Shown here: piece after piece, positions 1 through 14,170 of the stretch
Position numbering within the stretch: the stretch's first letter is position 1
How the letters are laid out: the number at the start of each line of letters is the position of its first letter
Origin: Isurus oxyrinchus
Lineage: Eukaryota
DNA: 64,000 nt
Assembly: GCA_026770705.1 (NCBI GenBank)
Contig: JANJGN010000026.1
Span: 24,366,001-24,430,000 of the forward strand
Direction: 5' to 3'
The notes under the pieces: generated by a model
Seen by the model: only the letters and a program-made list of their open reading frames with translations
Told to the model about the DNA's origin: nothing
The model's database searches: none
Position numbers and translations under genes: made by a program

Positions 1-238
1 ACTTTTCTCAAAGGGTCGTGAATCTGTGGAATTCACTATCTCAGAGTTCAGTGGATGCCGGGGTGCTGATTAAATTTGAGGGGACAGACGTTTTTAATTA
101 GTAATGGGTTCAAACGTTATGGGGAGAGGGTGGGAAATTGCAGTTGAGGCCGAAATGAGATCAGCCATGATTGTATTGAATGGCGGGGCAGGTTCGAGGG
201 GCTGAATTGCCTACTCCTGCTCCTAGTTCTTATGTTTT
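1..238 (+). mobile_element. CR1-type LINE 3' end
   Basis: ORF2 C-terminal motif FSQRVVNLWNSL followed by the 3' tail gcctactcctgctcctagttcttatgtt. Confidence 0.85.
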
Positions 239-303
239 GTTAACATGGTTCAGTCCTGGATGTGATTAACATCAGCAGTAAGAGCAGAATACAACCTCTG
301 CTG

Positions 304-810
304 TCACTTGTGAACTCACTGGTTTCTCAGCAGGGTGGATGACCGAGTGAATCTCTTCACACATACGGAGCAGGTGAATGGTCTCTCCCCAGTGTGGGTG
401 CAATGGTGGACACTGAGTTCATATGATCACCTGAACCCAGTCCCGCAGTGAGAGAACCTGATCAGTCTCTTGTCAGTGTGAACATGTTGATGACATGTCA
501 GCTCCATAGATCTTTCATAACATATCCAGCAATCCAGACATTTAAAAGATCTGTCAGTGTGAACTCGCTGGTGGGTCAAGAGGTTGAATGAATTGGGAAT
601 CCCTCCCCACGCACGGAGCAGGTGAAAGACCTCTCCCCAGTGTGAACTCACCGGTGTTGCTGTGCTGAACCTCTGCCCACACTGAGAGCAGATGAATGGA
701 GTGGATCCGGAGTGAATGCACTGGTGCATCATCAGTGAATGTGGGTTTTTAAAGCTCTTGTCACAGTCTAAATATTTAAACCCTCTCTCTCCAGTGTGAA
801 CTCACTGGTG
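304..810 (-). pseudogene. C2H2 zinc-finger gene fragment, frameshifted and 5'-truncated
   Basis: HQRVHTD..FKC..C and HTGERPFTC repeats spread over several frames; ends HK* (tca 304-306). Confidence 0.85.
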
Positions 811-829
811 TGTGAGGCTGGATAGAGAA

Positions 830-985
830 AGATGGGAGTTCAGGGCTCAGACAAGCAGGAACTTTAGATACAGTTTGGCCCGGTGGGCTAGTGGAAAAGA
901 GGGGAGCAGCAGAGGTAGCTGATTGGATTGTCTCAATCTTAGTGACAAAGAAGCTCCATGAGCTTCTCACACTTGTTGTTGAGGA
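830..985 (-). mobile_element. L2/CR1-like LINE fragment
   Basis: FFVTKIETIQSA motif; homologous copy on + at ~21930-22020. Confidence 0.55.
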
Positions 986-1222
986 GTCAGGATGAAGGAG
1001 ACTAGGGAGAGGGAGAGCCCTTCAAAAGGAACTAACTTGCATTAGAAATATATTAAAGATTCACCACACTGAGTTAACACTAAACTGATATTTTTTTACA
1101 TTTATCAACTATATTAACACCTATAGCTGGCTGAAGTTTATTAACATCAGCAGAAACAGATCCCAATTCCAGTTCCAAATGTGATTAACAGAAAAATCCA
1201 ATCACTGTAGTGACTTGTGAAC

Positions 1223-2096
1223 TCACTGGTGTTTCAGCTGGCTGGATGAGATAGTGAATCCCTTCCCACACTCAGAGCAGGTGAATGGCCTCTCCTCAGT
1301 GTGAATTCGCTGGTATGTCAGGAGGTTGGATGATTGAGTGAAACCCTTCCCACAATGGGGACAGGTGAATGGTTTCACCTTCTTGTAAATTCGCTGGTGT
1401 ATAGTGAGTTGAGATGAGTTCCTGAACCCAGTCCCGCAGTGAGAGCACCTGAATGGTTTCTCATCAGTGTGAATACGTTGATAGGACATCAGGTCCACGG
1501 AACTTTTATAACACTTCCCACAGTCTGTACATTTAAAAGGTCTCTTGTCAGTGTGAACTCGTTGGTGTGTCTGCAGGGTGGATGAATAAGTGAATCCCTT
1601 CCCACACTGGGAGCAAGTGAATGGCCTCTCCCCAGTGTGAACTCGGTGTGATGCTAGTTTGGATGACTGATTGAATCCCTTCCCACACTTGGAGCAGGTG
1701 AATGGTCTCTCCACAGTGTGAACTCGCTGGTGTCTCACCAGGTGGGATGAGGTAGCGAATCCCTTCCCACACACGGAGCAGGTGAATGGCTTCTCCCGGG
1801 TGTGACTGCGCTGATGAGTTTCCAGCTTCGATGGATAATTGAATCCCTTCCCACAGTCCCCACATTTCAGTGGTTTCTGCCCATTGAGACTGCATTTATG
1901 TTCCGATGATTAGCTGAAGTCATGTCCACACTCACAACACATGTACAGTTTCTCCCCACTGTGAATGGTGCCTTTTCCTTCTATATTCAAAATCCAATGA
2001 TGATATTCAAATTACAATAAATTGGGTGACTTTGTCAGATTTTGATGTGATGTTTGGTTTGAGTTGCCCGACTGCAAATCCTCCCCTTCTAATACC
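1223..2096 (-). pseudogene. C2H2 zinc-finger gene coding exon, probably a pseudogene; inverted paralog of 20834-21719
   Basis: ORF 1223-1774 with tandem HTGERPFTC fingers; acceptor cag at 2099-2097; start ATG replaced by ATA (ATAGAAGG); stop in the first finger near 1910; CGA->TGA stop at 1223-1225 truncates the last finger. Confidence 0.85.
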
Positions 2097-2327
2097 CTGT
2101 GAAATTGATTGAAAACAGAAAAAAGGGGGTGAGAGAGAACCCACAAAAACAGAAAGGCAGGTTGTGAAATTGAGCTGAATGAATCTGGTAATTTGTGGGG
2201 CCGGCACCAGGAAAAAGTGACCGTGAAAACTGCTGGATTGTCATAAAAACCCAATTGGTTCACTAATGTTCTTCAGGGAAGGCAACCTGCCACCCAGTCT
2301 GGGCCTGCACATGATCCAGCATCGATG

Positions 2328-2510
2328 TGCCGAGACAGTGGGAGAGAGAGACAGACGGAGAGAGACAGACAGACAGGTAGAGATGGAGGGAGAAAGAAAG
2401 AGGGAGGGAGAGACAAAGGGAGAGAGATGGAGGGAGAAAGAGAGATGCAGAGAGAGATAGAGACAGAGAGAGCGAGAAACAGAGAAGGAGGGAAGAGGGT
2501 GAAGGAGAGG
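2328..2510. repeat. Degenerate (GA)n/(GACA)n polypurine tract
   Basis: Direct inspection. Confidence 0.9.
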
Positions 2511-2869
2511 GATTTTATATATCTACAATTCAACCAGAACTATAACAACTTCTCCGAAACATTTAACCTCCACTTCCCGCAAGAACCACGATAGCAAGCG
2601 TATGTGAAAACTATCAACTCCAGGTTCCCCTTGTTAATTCCAATAACTGTATGCTGAGGAAGAATGAGTCTGAAGCGAGCCTGTACCTTAAAACAGGTTT
2701 ATTTCCAAGACAGCAGAGTCAAGTAACAGAGTCTCCCAGACACCCAGAGTAAACTAGTTTATATACGGTTGCAAAGATTCCCAAATCCTTCCCCTGCTGG
2801 GGATAGCTGTGCTTAATTACCAACCTAAAACTTGTACTCCACTGCAGCACAATTTCAACATTAACGTTT

Positions 2870-3570
2870 TGGAGCAGATGGAATCTCTGCTGAAATTCTG
2901 AAATGCCGCTGAGTTACACACTGCACAACCTCATATCCCTCAAGTGGGAAGAGGGATGCATGACAGAGGATCTCTGGGATGCTGTGACTGTGTTCAAGAG
3001 GGGAGATAAGTCCCATTGCGATAATTTCAGAGGAGTCTCCCTGCTGTCTGCCACAGTGAAGATCATTGCAAAGATCCTCCTCAATTGCTTCCTCCCAATG
3101 GCTGAAGAGATCCTTCCAGAGTTGCAGTGCAGTTTTCCCCCATCAAAACGCAACACCTTCACTGCAGGGAAAACCCAAGAAATTGCAAGGAACTGCACCA
3201 ACTGCTGTACTTAGACTCTTTCAACCTCACAAAAGCCTTTTACACTGTCAAATCTGAAGTTTTAAGCAGTATCTGCCTCAAAGTTAGATGCGCTCAGAAA
3301 TTTGCCACCAACCTCCACCTACTCCACAATGTCATGAAAGCCGTGATCCTCATCAATGGAACCACCACAGACCCTATCACAGTGAAGACTGGGATCAGAC
3401 AAGGCTGTGTCATTGCACCAATCCTCCTCCAATTTCCTCTCTGCATCTCACTTTGAGAAAATTACCCACAGGTGTGGAGATAATCTACAGAGCAGACAGG
3501 AAACCGACACCACCTTCAAAATAAAAACAGAATCAGTCCAACCTCAGATACTGATCTCCAGTATGTAGGT
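2870..3570 (+). mobile_element. RTE-clade LINE reverse transcriptase fragment
   Basis: DAVTVFKRGDKSHCDNFRGVSLLS and VKTGIRQGCVIAP motifs, with frameshifts. Confidence 0.85.
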
Positions 3571-3859
3571 GCCCGATTTCTATGTTAAGTACATCAATCT
3601 CCCTTGATTTCATGACCCTTAATACTCTCTTGCCTCACAAACGTCCAGCAATCTCAGTTTTTAAATTTTCAATTGACCAAATCTCAACAGAATTCCAGAT
3701 TTCCACTATATTTTCTGTGAATTGATTTCTGACATTGTTCCTGAACAGCCGAGTCTCGGTTACACAAACAAATATCACTGATTTGTACATTTAAATTGTA
3801 ACAATTATTTTACTCTTAACTAGTTATGCAACAAAATTACAAAGAAACATAATAATTTT

Positions 3860-4024
3860 AGTAAAATACGGTGGATGCTGGAAATCTGAAATAAAAACAG
3901 AAAGTTCTGGAAATCCTCAGCAGGTTTGGCAGCTTCTGTGAAGAGAGAGAAACAGATTTAACATTTCCAATCCAATATGATTCTTCTTCAGAACTGAGTA
4001 TTTCCAGCATTCTGATTTCATTTT
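3860..4024. mobile_element. Penelope-derived mini-element (old copy, short inverted second arm)
   Basis: gatgctggaaatctgaaataaaaacagaaa...cttcttcagaact followed by the inverted piece gagtatttccagcattctg. Confidence 0.75.
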
Positions 4025-4207
4025 AAACACATAATTGATGTAAACTTTATTGTTCTTACAGGTATCTGGATGTAAATCTGATTTCAGACCTTCCTCCGAA
4101 CAGTTTTCAAACAGACTCCAGCTCATTGTCCTTCACTAAAGACCTGGATGGAAAACACTCAGCACAAGATGGCGGCGGCCGGTTGCCCGGGTAACCCAGG
4201 CATGACA

Positions 4208-5879
4208 CTTTATGGGGTATGTGGAACATTCCTTGTTCCAGTCCTATTCCGGCCCCTCCCACAACTCTTTCTCCGGTACGTCGATGATTCCTTCGGTGCT
4301 GCTTCAGGTTCTCGTCTGGACCTGGAAAATTTATTAATTTTGCTTCCAATTTCCATCCCTCCATCATTTTCACATGGTCCATCTCTGACACTTCCCTTCC
4401 CTTCCTTGACCTCTCTGTCTCAATTTCTGGTGATAGACTGTCCACCAATATCCATTACAAGCCTACCGACTCCCACAGCTACCTCGACTACAGCTCCTCA
4501 CACCCCGCTTCCTGTAAGGATTCCATCCCATTCTCTCAGTTCCTTCGTCTCTGTCGCATCTGTTCTGATGATGCTACCTTCAAAAACTGTTCCTCTGACA
4601 TGTCCTCCTTCTTCCTTAACCGAGGTTTTCCACCCACGGTAGTTGACAGGGCCCTCAACCGTGTCCGGCCCATCTCCCACGCATCTGCCCTTACACCTTC
4701 CTCTCCCTCCCAGAACCATGATAGGGTCCCCCTTGTCCTCACTTATCACCCCACCAGCCTCCGCATTCAAAGGATCATCCTCTGCCATTTCCGCCAACTC
4801 CAGCATGATGCCACCACCAAACACATCTTCCCTTCACCCCCCCACCACTCCCCACCCCCCCCCCCCCCCCCCCCCCCCCCCAACGCCCCCCCACCCCCAC
4901 CCCCCTGCCGGTGGCATTTCGCAGGGATCGTTTTCTCCGGAAAACCCTGGTCCACTCCTCCATCACCCCCTACACTTCAACCCCCTCCAACGGCAGCTTC
5001 CCATACAACCGCAGAAGGTGCAACATCTGCCCCTTTACTTCCCCTCTCCTCACCATCCAAGGGCCCAAACACTCCTTTCAAGTGAAACAGCATTTCACTT
5101 GCTCTTCCCTCAATTTAGTCTAATGCATTCATTGCTCCCAATGCGGTCTCCTCTATATTGGAGAGACCAAACGTAGACTGGGTGACCGCCTCGCAGAACC
5201 CCTTCGGTCTGTCCGCAAGCATGACCTAGACCTCCCTGTCGCTTGCCATTTCAACACCCCACCCTGCTCTCATGCCCACATGTCCGTCCTTGGCTTGCTG
5301 CATTGTTCCAGTGAAGCTCAGCGCAAACTGGAGGAACAGCACCTCATCTTCCGACCAGGCACTTCACAGCCTTCTGGACTGAATATTAAGTTCAACAATT
5401 TTAGATCATGAACTCTCCCCTCTATCCCCACCCCCTTTCCGATCCCTCTTTTTTCCAATAATTTATATAGATTTTTCTTTTCCCACCTATTTCCATTATT
5501 TTTAAATGTATTTCCATCCATTGTTTTATCTCTACCTTTTAGCCTATTTTGATCCCTTCCCCCCACCCCACCCCACCCCCACTAGGGCTATCTGTACCTT
5601 GCTCGTCCCGCTTTCTACCCTTAATGTCACCTATTAGCGCATTCCTTAGATAATATCATCACCTTCAATACCTCTTTGTCCTTTTGTCTGTGACATCTTT
5701 TGGCTATCTCCACCTATCACTGGCCCTCTATCCAGCTCTAACTGTCCCATCCCCCCTTAAACCAGCTTATATTTCACCTCTTTTCTATTTTTCTTCGTTC
5801 TGTTGAAGAGTCATACGGACACGAAACGTTAACTATGTTCCTCTCCGCAGATGCTGCCACGTATTTTTATTTTTGATTG
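4208..5879 (+). mobile_element. 5'-truncated Penelope-like element: RT C-terminus, GIY-YIG endonuclease and 3' pLTR
   Basis: LFLRYVDD; MSSFFLNRGFPPTVVDRAL; RVPLVLTYHP; CSQCGLLYIGETKR; LEEQHLIF..FNNFRS*; frameshifts and stops present. Confidence 0.92.
5797..5834 (+). ncRNA. Minimal hammerhead ribozyme motif in the Penelope pLTR (CUGUUGA core variant)
   Basis: gtt-CTGTTGA-a-GAGTC-atacg-GACAC-GAAAC-GTT-aac. Confidence 0.6.
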
Positions 5880-6635
5880 TGAGCACAGGGTAGGAATGGA
5901 ACTGTGGCTGGACTGGGAACTGGATCAACTTCTGGCGTAGGCCCCAGGCCCCAGGCACTGTGTTTACCCCGCGGTGACAGGCCCGGGGGTAGGGAGCGAT
6001 GGAGCCAGCGGCTGGACGGGGAGGATTTGGAAACACTTTGTGGATCCGCAAACCCTGAGGAATAATTGTCAGCTCCTGGTTTGCAGCTGCGGAGCTTCTC
6101 CCTCCCGGGAACAGGCCCAGGTTAACGGCCGCCATCCTGGGTCAGCGAGTGGAGGATGGTTCACATCAGAGGATGGGGGAGGGGAGGACAATAAATAAGA
6201 GGTTACACTTTGGCCTCAAATCAATGAGGAATCTGATCTGTGGGAAGGAAGGAAACCCTGGGAGGTGGGCGGGGAGGATTCAGAAACACCCACTGGAGGC
6301 CCCAAATCCCCAACAAGAACCTGCAGGTCCCGCGTTTGCAGCTCCAGGACTTTATGCTTTACGTGCGGCCATGTTGGTGAAACAACAGAGAGTGGGCAGG
6401 GCTTCAGGGTCCCAGTGAGCAGGAGAGAAAGTGATTGACTTTATTCATCTGCAGAGAGTGGCTGGAGAGTGGAATTTAGCCAGATTGCAGGGAAGGAAAA
6501 AACTGGGAGTTGAGAAAAGAAATGTTGGAGATGGTGTGATGGGTTCAGATTCTAGTCCATGGAGGTGGGAGTGTGTATGGGACGTGGATTTACAGTTTTG
6601 GGGAACAAGAGGAAAATATATTCCATCAAGGGGAA

Positions 6636-6995
6636 GCAATGATGTCGTGGTAATGTCACTGGATTAGTAATCCAAAGGCCCAGGGTAATGCTCTGGGGAC
6701 AAAGGTTCAAATCCCCTCACATCAGCTGGTGGAATTTAAATTCAATTAATAAATCTGGAATTATAAGCTCGTATCAGTAATGGTGACCATAAAACTGTCA
6801 CTGAGCATTGTATTAACCCATTTGGTTCACTAATGACCTTTCAGAAATCTGCCTGGTCTGATTTACATGTGATTGACTCTTAAATGCCCTCCAAAATAGC
6901 CTAGTAAGCTACTCAGTTCAAGGGTAATCAGGGATGGGTAGCAAATGCTGGCCTTCCCAGCGATGCCAACATCTCTAGAAAGGATATTTAAAAAA
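6636..6995 (+). mobile_element. tRNA-derived SINE with LINE-type 3' tail
   Basis: A-box gtggtaatgtcactgg, B-box ggttcaaatcc, tail gggatggg..aaatgctggcc; further copies at ~24805-25110(-), 25219-25535(+), 50590-50943(+), 59130-59340(-). Confidence 0.8.
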
Positions 6996-7071
6996 AACTG
7001 GAATTGTCTACTCTGAATTTCTACACCCTGCTTACACTTACAATGATTAATTTTGTAAACTCTTTTTGCAG

Positions 7072-7753
<682 letters not shown>

Positions 7754-7805
7754 CTGCAGGGGTTGGATTCTGTTGTTATTGCTGCTGTTAATCACATCCA
7801 AGATT

Positions 7806-8383
7806 GATAGTATTGTGGAATATTGTGTGCAGTTTTGGTATCCTTATCTAAGAAAGGATATACTTGCCATAGAGGGAGTGCAGCGAAGGTTCACCAGACT
7901 GATTCCTGGGATTGCAGGATTGTTGTATGAGGAGAGATTGAGCTGACTAGTCTTGTATTCATTGACATTTAAAAGAATGAGAGGGGATCTTTTTGAAACA
8001 TGTAAAATTCTGACAGGGTTGAACAGACTGGATGCAGGGATGATGTTTTCTCTGGCTGGGATGGGGAGAGGGGGGTGGTGTCTTGAACAAGGGGTCTGTC
8101 TCAGGATACTGGGTAAAACATTTAGGAATGAGATGAAGAGAAACTTCTTCATTCAAAGGGTGGTGAACCTGTGGAATTCTCTGCCACAGAAGACTGTGGA
8201 GGCCGAGTTAAAGAATATATTTAAGAAGGAAATAGATCGATTTCTGGACTCTAAAGGTATCAAGGGAAATGCCGAGAGATTGGGAGGATGGTGTGAGATA
8301 GAGGATCAGCCATAATCATACTGAATGGCAGAGCAGGTTCAAGGGCCGAATGACCTACTCCTGCTTCTATTTTCTATGTTTCT
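7806..8383 (+). mobile_element. CR1 LINE 3' end
   Basis: RMRGDLFETCKIL and FFIQRVVNLWNSLP motifs; tail ttctatgtttct. Confidence 0.9.
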
Positions 8384-8699
8384 GTATCAGGTTTGTTCCT
8401 GCTTATGGTAACAACCCCTATAATTGGCTGGAGTTTAATATTCTGGATATGTCACTGATTTTTGCGGCTGCAGTGTCCCTTTTTAAAAGCCCCATCTGTA
8501 ATCTTTCCCCTCTAAACTGGAACTCGTTTGCAATAAAATAATGAACTTTCACTTCAATCCTAAATTGGTCTTTGGTACAAAATCTACAATTCAGTGTCTG
8601 AAAGGTTTCACTGATTAACATCTCCAATTAGAAAATGCTGATTAATCCTTGCTGATAATTCTTACTGACTTCCACATTCTTCATAGTGACACCTCTGTT

Positions 8700-10440
8700 A
8701 TGAAATTAAGCTATCAAAGAAGAATGAAAACAGTAAAATATTTTACAAGGCACATCAATAAAAGCTTCATCAATTAACATTGACATTGATGAAGTTTGGA
8801 AATCGCTGAGTTCAATCATTTCTGACACAGCAGCAGCAACATTTGGTAAAGGTGGAACCCACAACAAAGACTGGTTTGAGACCCACTCAGCAGAGATGAC
8901 AACTGTTATTTAAGTAAATAAGCAAAGCCTACCTGATGCACAACATAGACCCAACAGCTAGAACCCTCTGTAACTTGAATGTCGCCCAGACAGTCATGTA
9001 AAAAAGACAGGGAAATACTGTTCAATGTCATGAAGCTATTAGTGTCTATAATATTTTGGAAAATATTTTTCTTTTAAAATAGAGGTTTAGTCTGTGGGTA
9101 TGTCTTAATTGGATAAAAGCTAGTCTGGGTGCTTTGAAATGTACTAGTTTTGTTATGCAAGCGAGAGAGAGCATGCATTTGCATTTTTTGAATAGATCAT
9201 TAAACAAGTGGGTGAAAATTGACACTTTTCTAGCAGCTACCAAGCAATATGTTCATATTACTCATAAAATTGGTATTATGAAAGGGGTGTCATTGTTAAA
9301 AGGTGAAGTTCAAAGAGGTTGTTGATACAATGAGAATTAACATTCAATGGGGCTGGTAGGTATAACTTCAGTAGTTTTCGGATGTGCAGGCAGAGGCAAT
9401 GTAAGGTCAAAAGGCAGCTTCAAGCCTCCAACTGGCTCCACAGTGAAAAGAACCTCAATTTGAATTCATAAGGTGAAAATGCTTTGCTTGGTGTTTGGTT
9501 AAGTCTATGGGTTGCTGTTGCCTTAATGGAGATTAGTTTGGGAATTTGTTAAAAGCTATAACAGTAGTAATTTGTAGTCATGTGTATATGCTTTAATCTG
9601 TGTAAATTAATAAATGTTTCAATTAGTTTAATGTAAAACCTCGAGAACTGATGGTCTGATTCCTGAATTTAAGGCCGCACTTCGAACATAACACTTAAAA
9701 TAATAGGTAATGACAGTTGTTTAAAGTTCCCCTCTGGGATTTTTAAATAACTCTGCTTTACCAACTGCATTGGTCATAACAGCAAATAAACACTGGATCG
9801 ACCTGTGTCAAGAAACTCAACCAGCCTGTGACATAGGAAATCTATGTGCTATGTAGTGATTGGATGAACAGAGCACTTGTCCGACCATCACCAAAGTTGC
9901 CTCCCACCGAAATCATATGGTGAAGTGCTCACCAACAGAAGAAATCACATGTCCTGCTGGATTGAATATTACTGTGATCTGTACACCAATGAGATGGACA
10001 TCTCCTAGTTTCTGTTTGACTCTCAAGTAACTTCCTGTCATGGTTAGTTGTACAAGGAACCCTCATCACTTGAGCTTGAAAAGGCCATTGATTGTTCAGC
10101 AAACAGAAAGTCACCTGGCCTAATGGAATTCCAGCTGAACTGCTCAAGCACGGAAAGTCCCATCTATTGTTAGCACCCACTTCTCTGTTGGGAGATAGGA
10201 ACCATTCCACATGCGTGACACAAAAATCATCACAATAACCAAAAACAAAAGATGACAGAAGGGATTGTGACTACAGGGCCATCTCACTCCTTAGCGTCAC
10301 TAGGAAGACCTTCACTAGGGTCATGTTTTAAAGACTTTATCTTTTGCAGACCGAGTCCATGGAGAAGCACAGTAATGTTTCTTGCTGGTAGTTCTACAGT
10401 GGACATGATCTTCTCCATACACCAGCTACAAGAGAAGTTG
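8700..10440 (+). mobile_element. Degenerate RTE-clade LINE ORF interrupted by a solo LTR
   Basis: DWFE.HSAEM, RYC(A)NKHW split across the LTR, GIPAELLKHG, STVDMIFSIHQLQEK. Confidence 0.75.
9026..9781 (+). mobile_element. Solo LTR (Gypsy-like), 756 bp
   Basis: TGTCATGA...TCATAACA termini; AATAAA at 9609; 4-bp TSD tcaa/gcaa whose removal rejoins the RTE reading frame. Confidence 0.75.
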
Positions 10441-13400
10441 GAAGAAGAAGGAAGGAAGAGCAATAGTGATAGGGGATTCATTAGTTAAGGGAACAGAGAG
10501 GTGTTTCTGCGGCCGTAGACATGACTCCAGGATGGTATGTTACCTTCCTGGTGCCTGGGTCAAGGATGTCACCGAGTGGGTGCAGGACATTCTTCTGGGG
10601 GGGGTGGGTAAACAGCCAGAGGTCATGGTCCACGTTGGTATCAATGACTTAAGTAGGAAGAGGGATGTTGTCCTGCAGACAGAATTTAGGGAGCTAGGTA
10701 GAAAATTAGCAAGCAGGACCTCAAATGTATTATTCTCCATATTACTTCCAGTGCCATGTGCAAGTGAGTATAGAAATAGGAGGTTAAGGCAGATGAATGT
10801 GTGGCTGGAAAGATGTTGCAGGAGGGAGGGCTTTAGATTCCTGGGACTGGTTCTGAGGGAAGATGGCACCTGTACAAGCTGGAAATGTTGCCAGCTGAAC
10901 AGAGCCGGGACTGAGCTCCTTGAGATGTGTTTGCTTGTCCTGTTTGGGGGGGGGGGGGGGGGGGGGGCGGGGGGAGCTTCAAAATAATTCAACAAGGGGT
11001 GTGGGAACCAGGACAGAATATAAGAGAGTAATACCAAGGTGCACAAAATACTGGGAGAGACAGACAATACTAGAATAGCAAAAAGGGAGTGAGGGAGAAA
11101 GCAACGCACTCAAAATCAGAGTTATACTATATGTATGTGAATGCATGGAGTATAGTAGATAAGATTGCTGAGTATAGGCGCAGATTGCCATGTTACGTTG
11201 TGGCGATGACAGAGAGCTGGCTCAGGGAAGGGCAGAACTGGATGTTAAATATTCCTGGGAACAATGTGTTCAGGAAAGATAGGGCAGGAAGAAAAGCAGG
11301 AAGGGTGCTGTATTGATTAAGGAAAGCATTGCAGTGCTGGAGAAAGAGGATGTCCCCAGAGTGTTCAAGGACAGAATCAATTTGTCTACAGCTAAGGAAC
11401 AAAAAGGGTGCAATTACATTGCTCAGTGTAGTCTAGCAACCACCAACTAGTGGGAAGGATGTAGAGGACCAAATCTGCAGGGAAACAGCAGAGAAGTGCC
11501 AACATTATAGAGTAGTTATAATGGCGGACTTTATTTTTCTGAATATAGACTGAGATAGTGGTAGTGTAAAGGGTAGACAAGGGCAAGAGTTCCTAGGGTG
11601 TGTTCAGGCAAATTTTCTACAGCATGTGTCCAGCCCAACAAGTAAGGAAGCACTGTCAGACCTGGTTCTTGGAAATGATGTGAGCCAAGTAAATCAGGTG
11701 TCAGTGGGGAAGTATTCAGGAGACAATGATCATTCTATCATAAGGTTTAAGATGATGGTAGAAAAGGACAATGTGCAATCCAGAGAAAGAATAATTAACT
11801 GGGGGAGGGCTGACTTCATTACAGCAATAACAGAACTGGGCCGAATAGACTGGGAACCAAATGTTGGTGGGAAGAGGTAGCTGAATCATAGGCTACCTTC
11901 AAAGAAGAAATGGTTCGAGGTATATTCCCTCAAAAAGGAAGGGTAGGGCAAATGAATCCAGAGCTCCCTGGATGAAAAATGAGATAGAAGTTTAGATAAA
12001 GGAGAAAAAGTGTGCCGATGACAGGTGTCAGATTGAAAATACAATTGTGAACCAATCAGACAACAGAAGGTTCAGAAGGGAAAATGCAAATAAGAGAAGG
12101 AAAGAGGGGTCATGCGAAATAAACTGGAGCCAACATAAAGGGGAATGCCAAAGTCTTCTATAGCTACATAAAAAGATAGTAAAAGGAGCAGTAGGGTCGA
12201 TTAGGGGCCAAAAGGGTGGATTACACATAGATGCAGGGTGAGGTGTTAAATGAATATTTCGCATCTGACTTTATCAGGGAAGCAAATGCTACACAGGCCA
12301 CGGTGACAGACGGGGAACCTCTGTCATTGGAAGGGTACAAAATTGATAAAGGGGAAGTGTTGGTTGAACTGTTGGTACTTAAAGTTGACAAGGCACAGGG
12401 ACTGGATGAGATGCATCCAAGGATAATGAAAGAAGTGAGAGTGGAAATTGCAAGGGCACTGGCCATAATCGTTCAATCTTCCTTTGACTCAGGGGAGGTG
12501 GCAGAGGACTGGAGAATTGCAAACATTATGCCCTTGCTCAAAAGGTAAGGATAAGCCCTACATTTACAGACCAGTCAGTTTGACTTCGTTGGTGGTTTAC
12601 CTTCCAGAGAAAATTATTTGGCATAGAATTAGTCGCCACATGGAAGAATGTGGGTTGATTAGGAAGAGCCAGAAAGTATTTCTAAAGGGGAAATTATGTT
12701 TAACAAGCTTGCTGGAGTTCTTTGAAGTGGTAACAGAGAAGGTTGGAGGGTAATGCTCTTGATGTGTTTATGGACTTTCAAAAGGCATTCAATACAGTGC
12801 TGCACAACAGACTTGTGAGAAAGGTTATAGTTCATGGAATAAAAAGGACAATAGAATTGGTTGAGTAATAGGAAACAGAGAGTTATGGTCAATGGATATT
12901 TTTCTGGCTGGAGGAAGGTTTCTAGTGGAGATCCCCAGAGGTCAGTATTGGGACCCTTGCTTTTTGCGACCAATATTAATGATCTGGATCTTGGTGTGCA
13001 GGGGACAATTTCAAAGTTTGCAGATGATACTAAGCTTGCAGGCACTGTAAATTGTGAGGCAGACAGCATAGAACTTCAAAAGGACATAGGCAAGTTGGTG
13101 GAGCAGGCAGATAGATAGCAGATGAAGTTCAATGTGGAGAAGTGTGAGATGATGTATTTTGGTAGAAAGAGCATGGAGAGGCAATATAAAATAAGGGATA
13201 CAATTCTAAAGAGGGTGTAGGAGCAGTTGGGCCTGGGTGTATACGTGCATAAATCATTGAAGGTGGCAGGACAGGTGAAGAGAGCCGTTAATAAAGTATA
13301 CAGTATTCTGGGCTTTTAATGGGGCTTGGAGTACAAGAGCATGGAGATTGTGCTGAATGTATATAAGGCACGAGCTAGACCTCACCTGGAGTATTGTGTA

Positions 13401-13942
13401 GCGTTCTGGGTGCCACAGGATAGGAAGGATGTGATGCATTGGAGAGAGTGAAGGTGAGGTTTACAAGAATGGTTCCAGGGACGAGAATCTTCAGTTATGA
13501 AGATAGATTGGAGAGGCTGGAACTATTCTCCTTGGAGAGGAGAAGGTTAGAGGAGATTTGATAGAGATGTTCAAAATCACGAGGGGGCTGGATAGAGTAG
13601 ATTGGGGGCTGGGAGTGAACTGTTCCTGCTCAGAAAAAGGATCGAGACCAAGAGGGCACTGATTTAAAATGGTTTACAAAAGAAGCAAACGTGATGTGAT
13701 AAAAAAAAATTATTGAGCGAGTGGTTCAAGTCTGGAATGTACTGCCTGGAAGTGTGGTGGAGGCAGGCTCAATCCAGGCATTCGAAGGCATTGGGTGATT
13801 ACCTGAATAGAAACAACGTGCAAGGCTACAGGGAAAAGGTGGAGAATGGCACTAAGTCATAATGATCATTTGGAGAGCCAGTACAGGCACGTTGGGCCAA
13901 ATGGCCTCCTTTTGTGCCATTACAATTCTGTGTTTCTGTGAT
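10441..13942 (+). mobile_element. Long degenerate CR1 LINE: ORF1 SGNH esterase C-terminus and ORF2 endonuclease-RT
   Basis: IGDSLVKGTER..VHVGIND (esterase); YVNAWSI, MTESWL (APE); EDWRIANI, YRPVSLTS, SKFADDTKL; 3' tail ttctgtgatt. Confidence 0.92.
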
Positions 13943-14034
13943 TATCAGAAGGAGTTGAGATCCCAGTTTGAGCTGGAAAATCATGGGTAAAATCATGAAA
14001 AGGTCATTCACCAGCTCAATGTGGAAATGACTCA

Positions 14035-14170
14035 TATAGAAGCCATATACTGCGAATGCTGGAAATCTGAAATAAAAACATAAAATGCTGGAAAAACTCA
14101 GCAGGTCTAGTAGCATCTGTGGAGAGAAAACAGAGTTAATGTTTTGAATCTGTATGACTCTTCTTCAGAA
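14035..14170 (-). mobile_element. Penelope-derived mini-element (decayed hammerhead plus tail)
   Basis: atactgcgaatgctggaaatctgaaataaaaac...gactcttcttcagaa. Confidence 0.8.

Noticed and set aside
2583-2860. Possible short solo LTR on the - strand (TATA- and AATAAA-like motifs)
   Set aside because: No clear termini or TSD could be identified.
4498-5176. Poly-Pro/poly-Gly ORFs
   Set aside because: Caused by a poly-C expansion inside the Penelope ORF; similar runs at ~10945 and ~17375 may have unreliable lengths.
10466-10987. Host SGNH hydrolase gene
   Set aside because: It is CR1 ORF1, directly followed by ORF2 endonuclease motifs.
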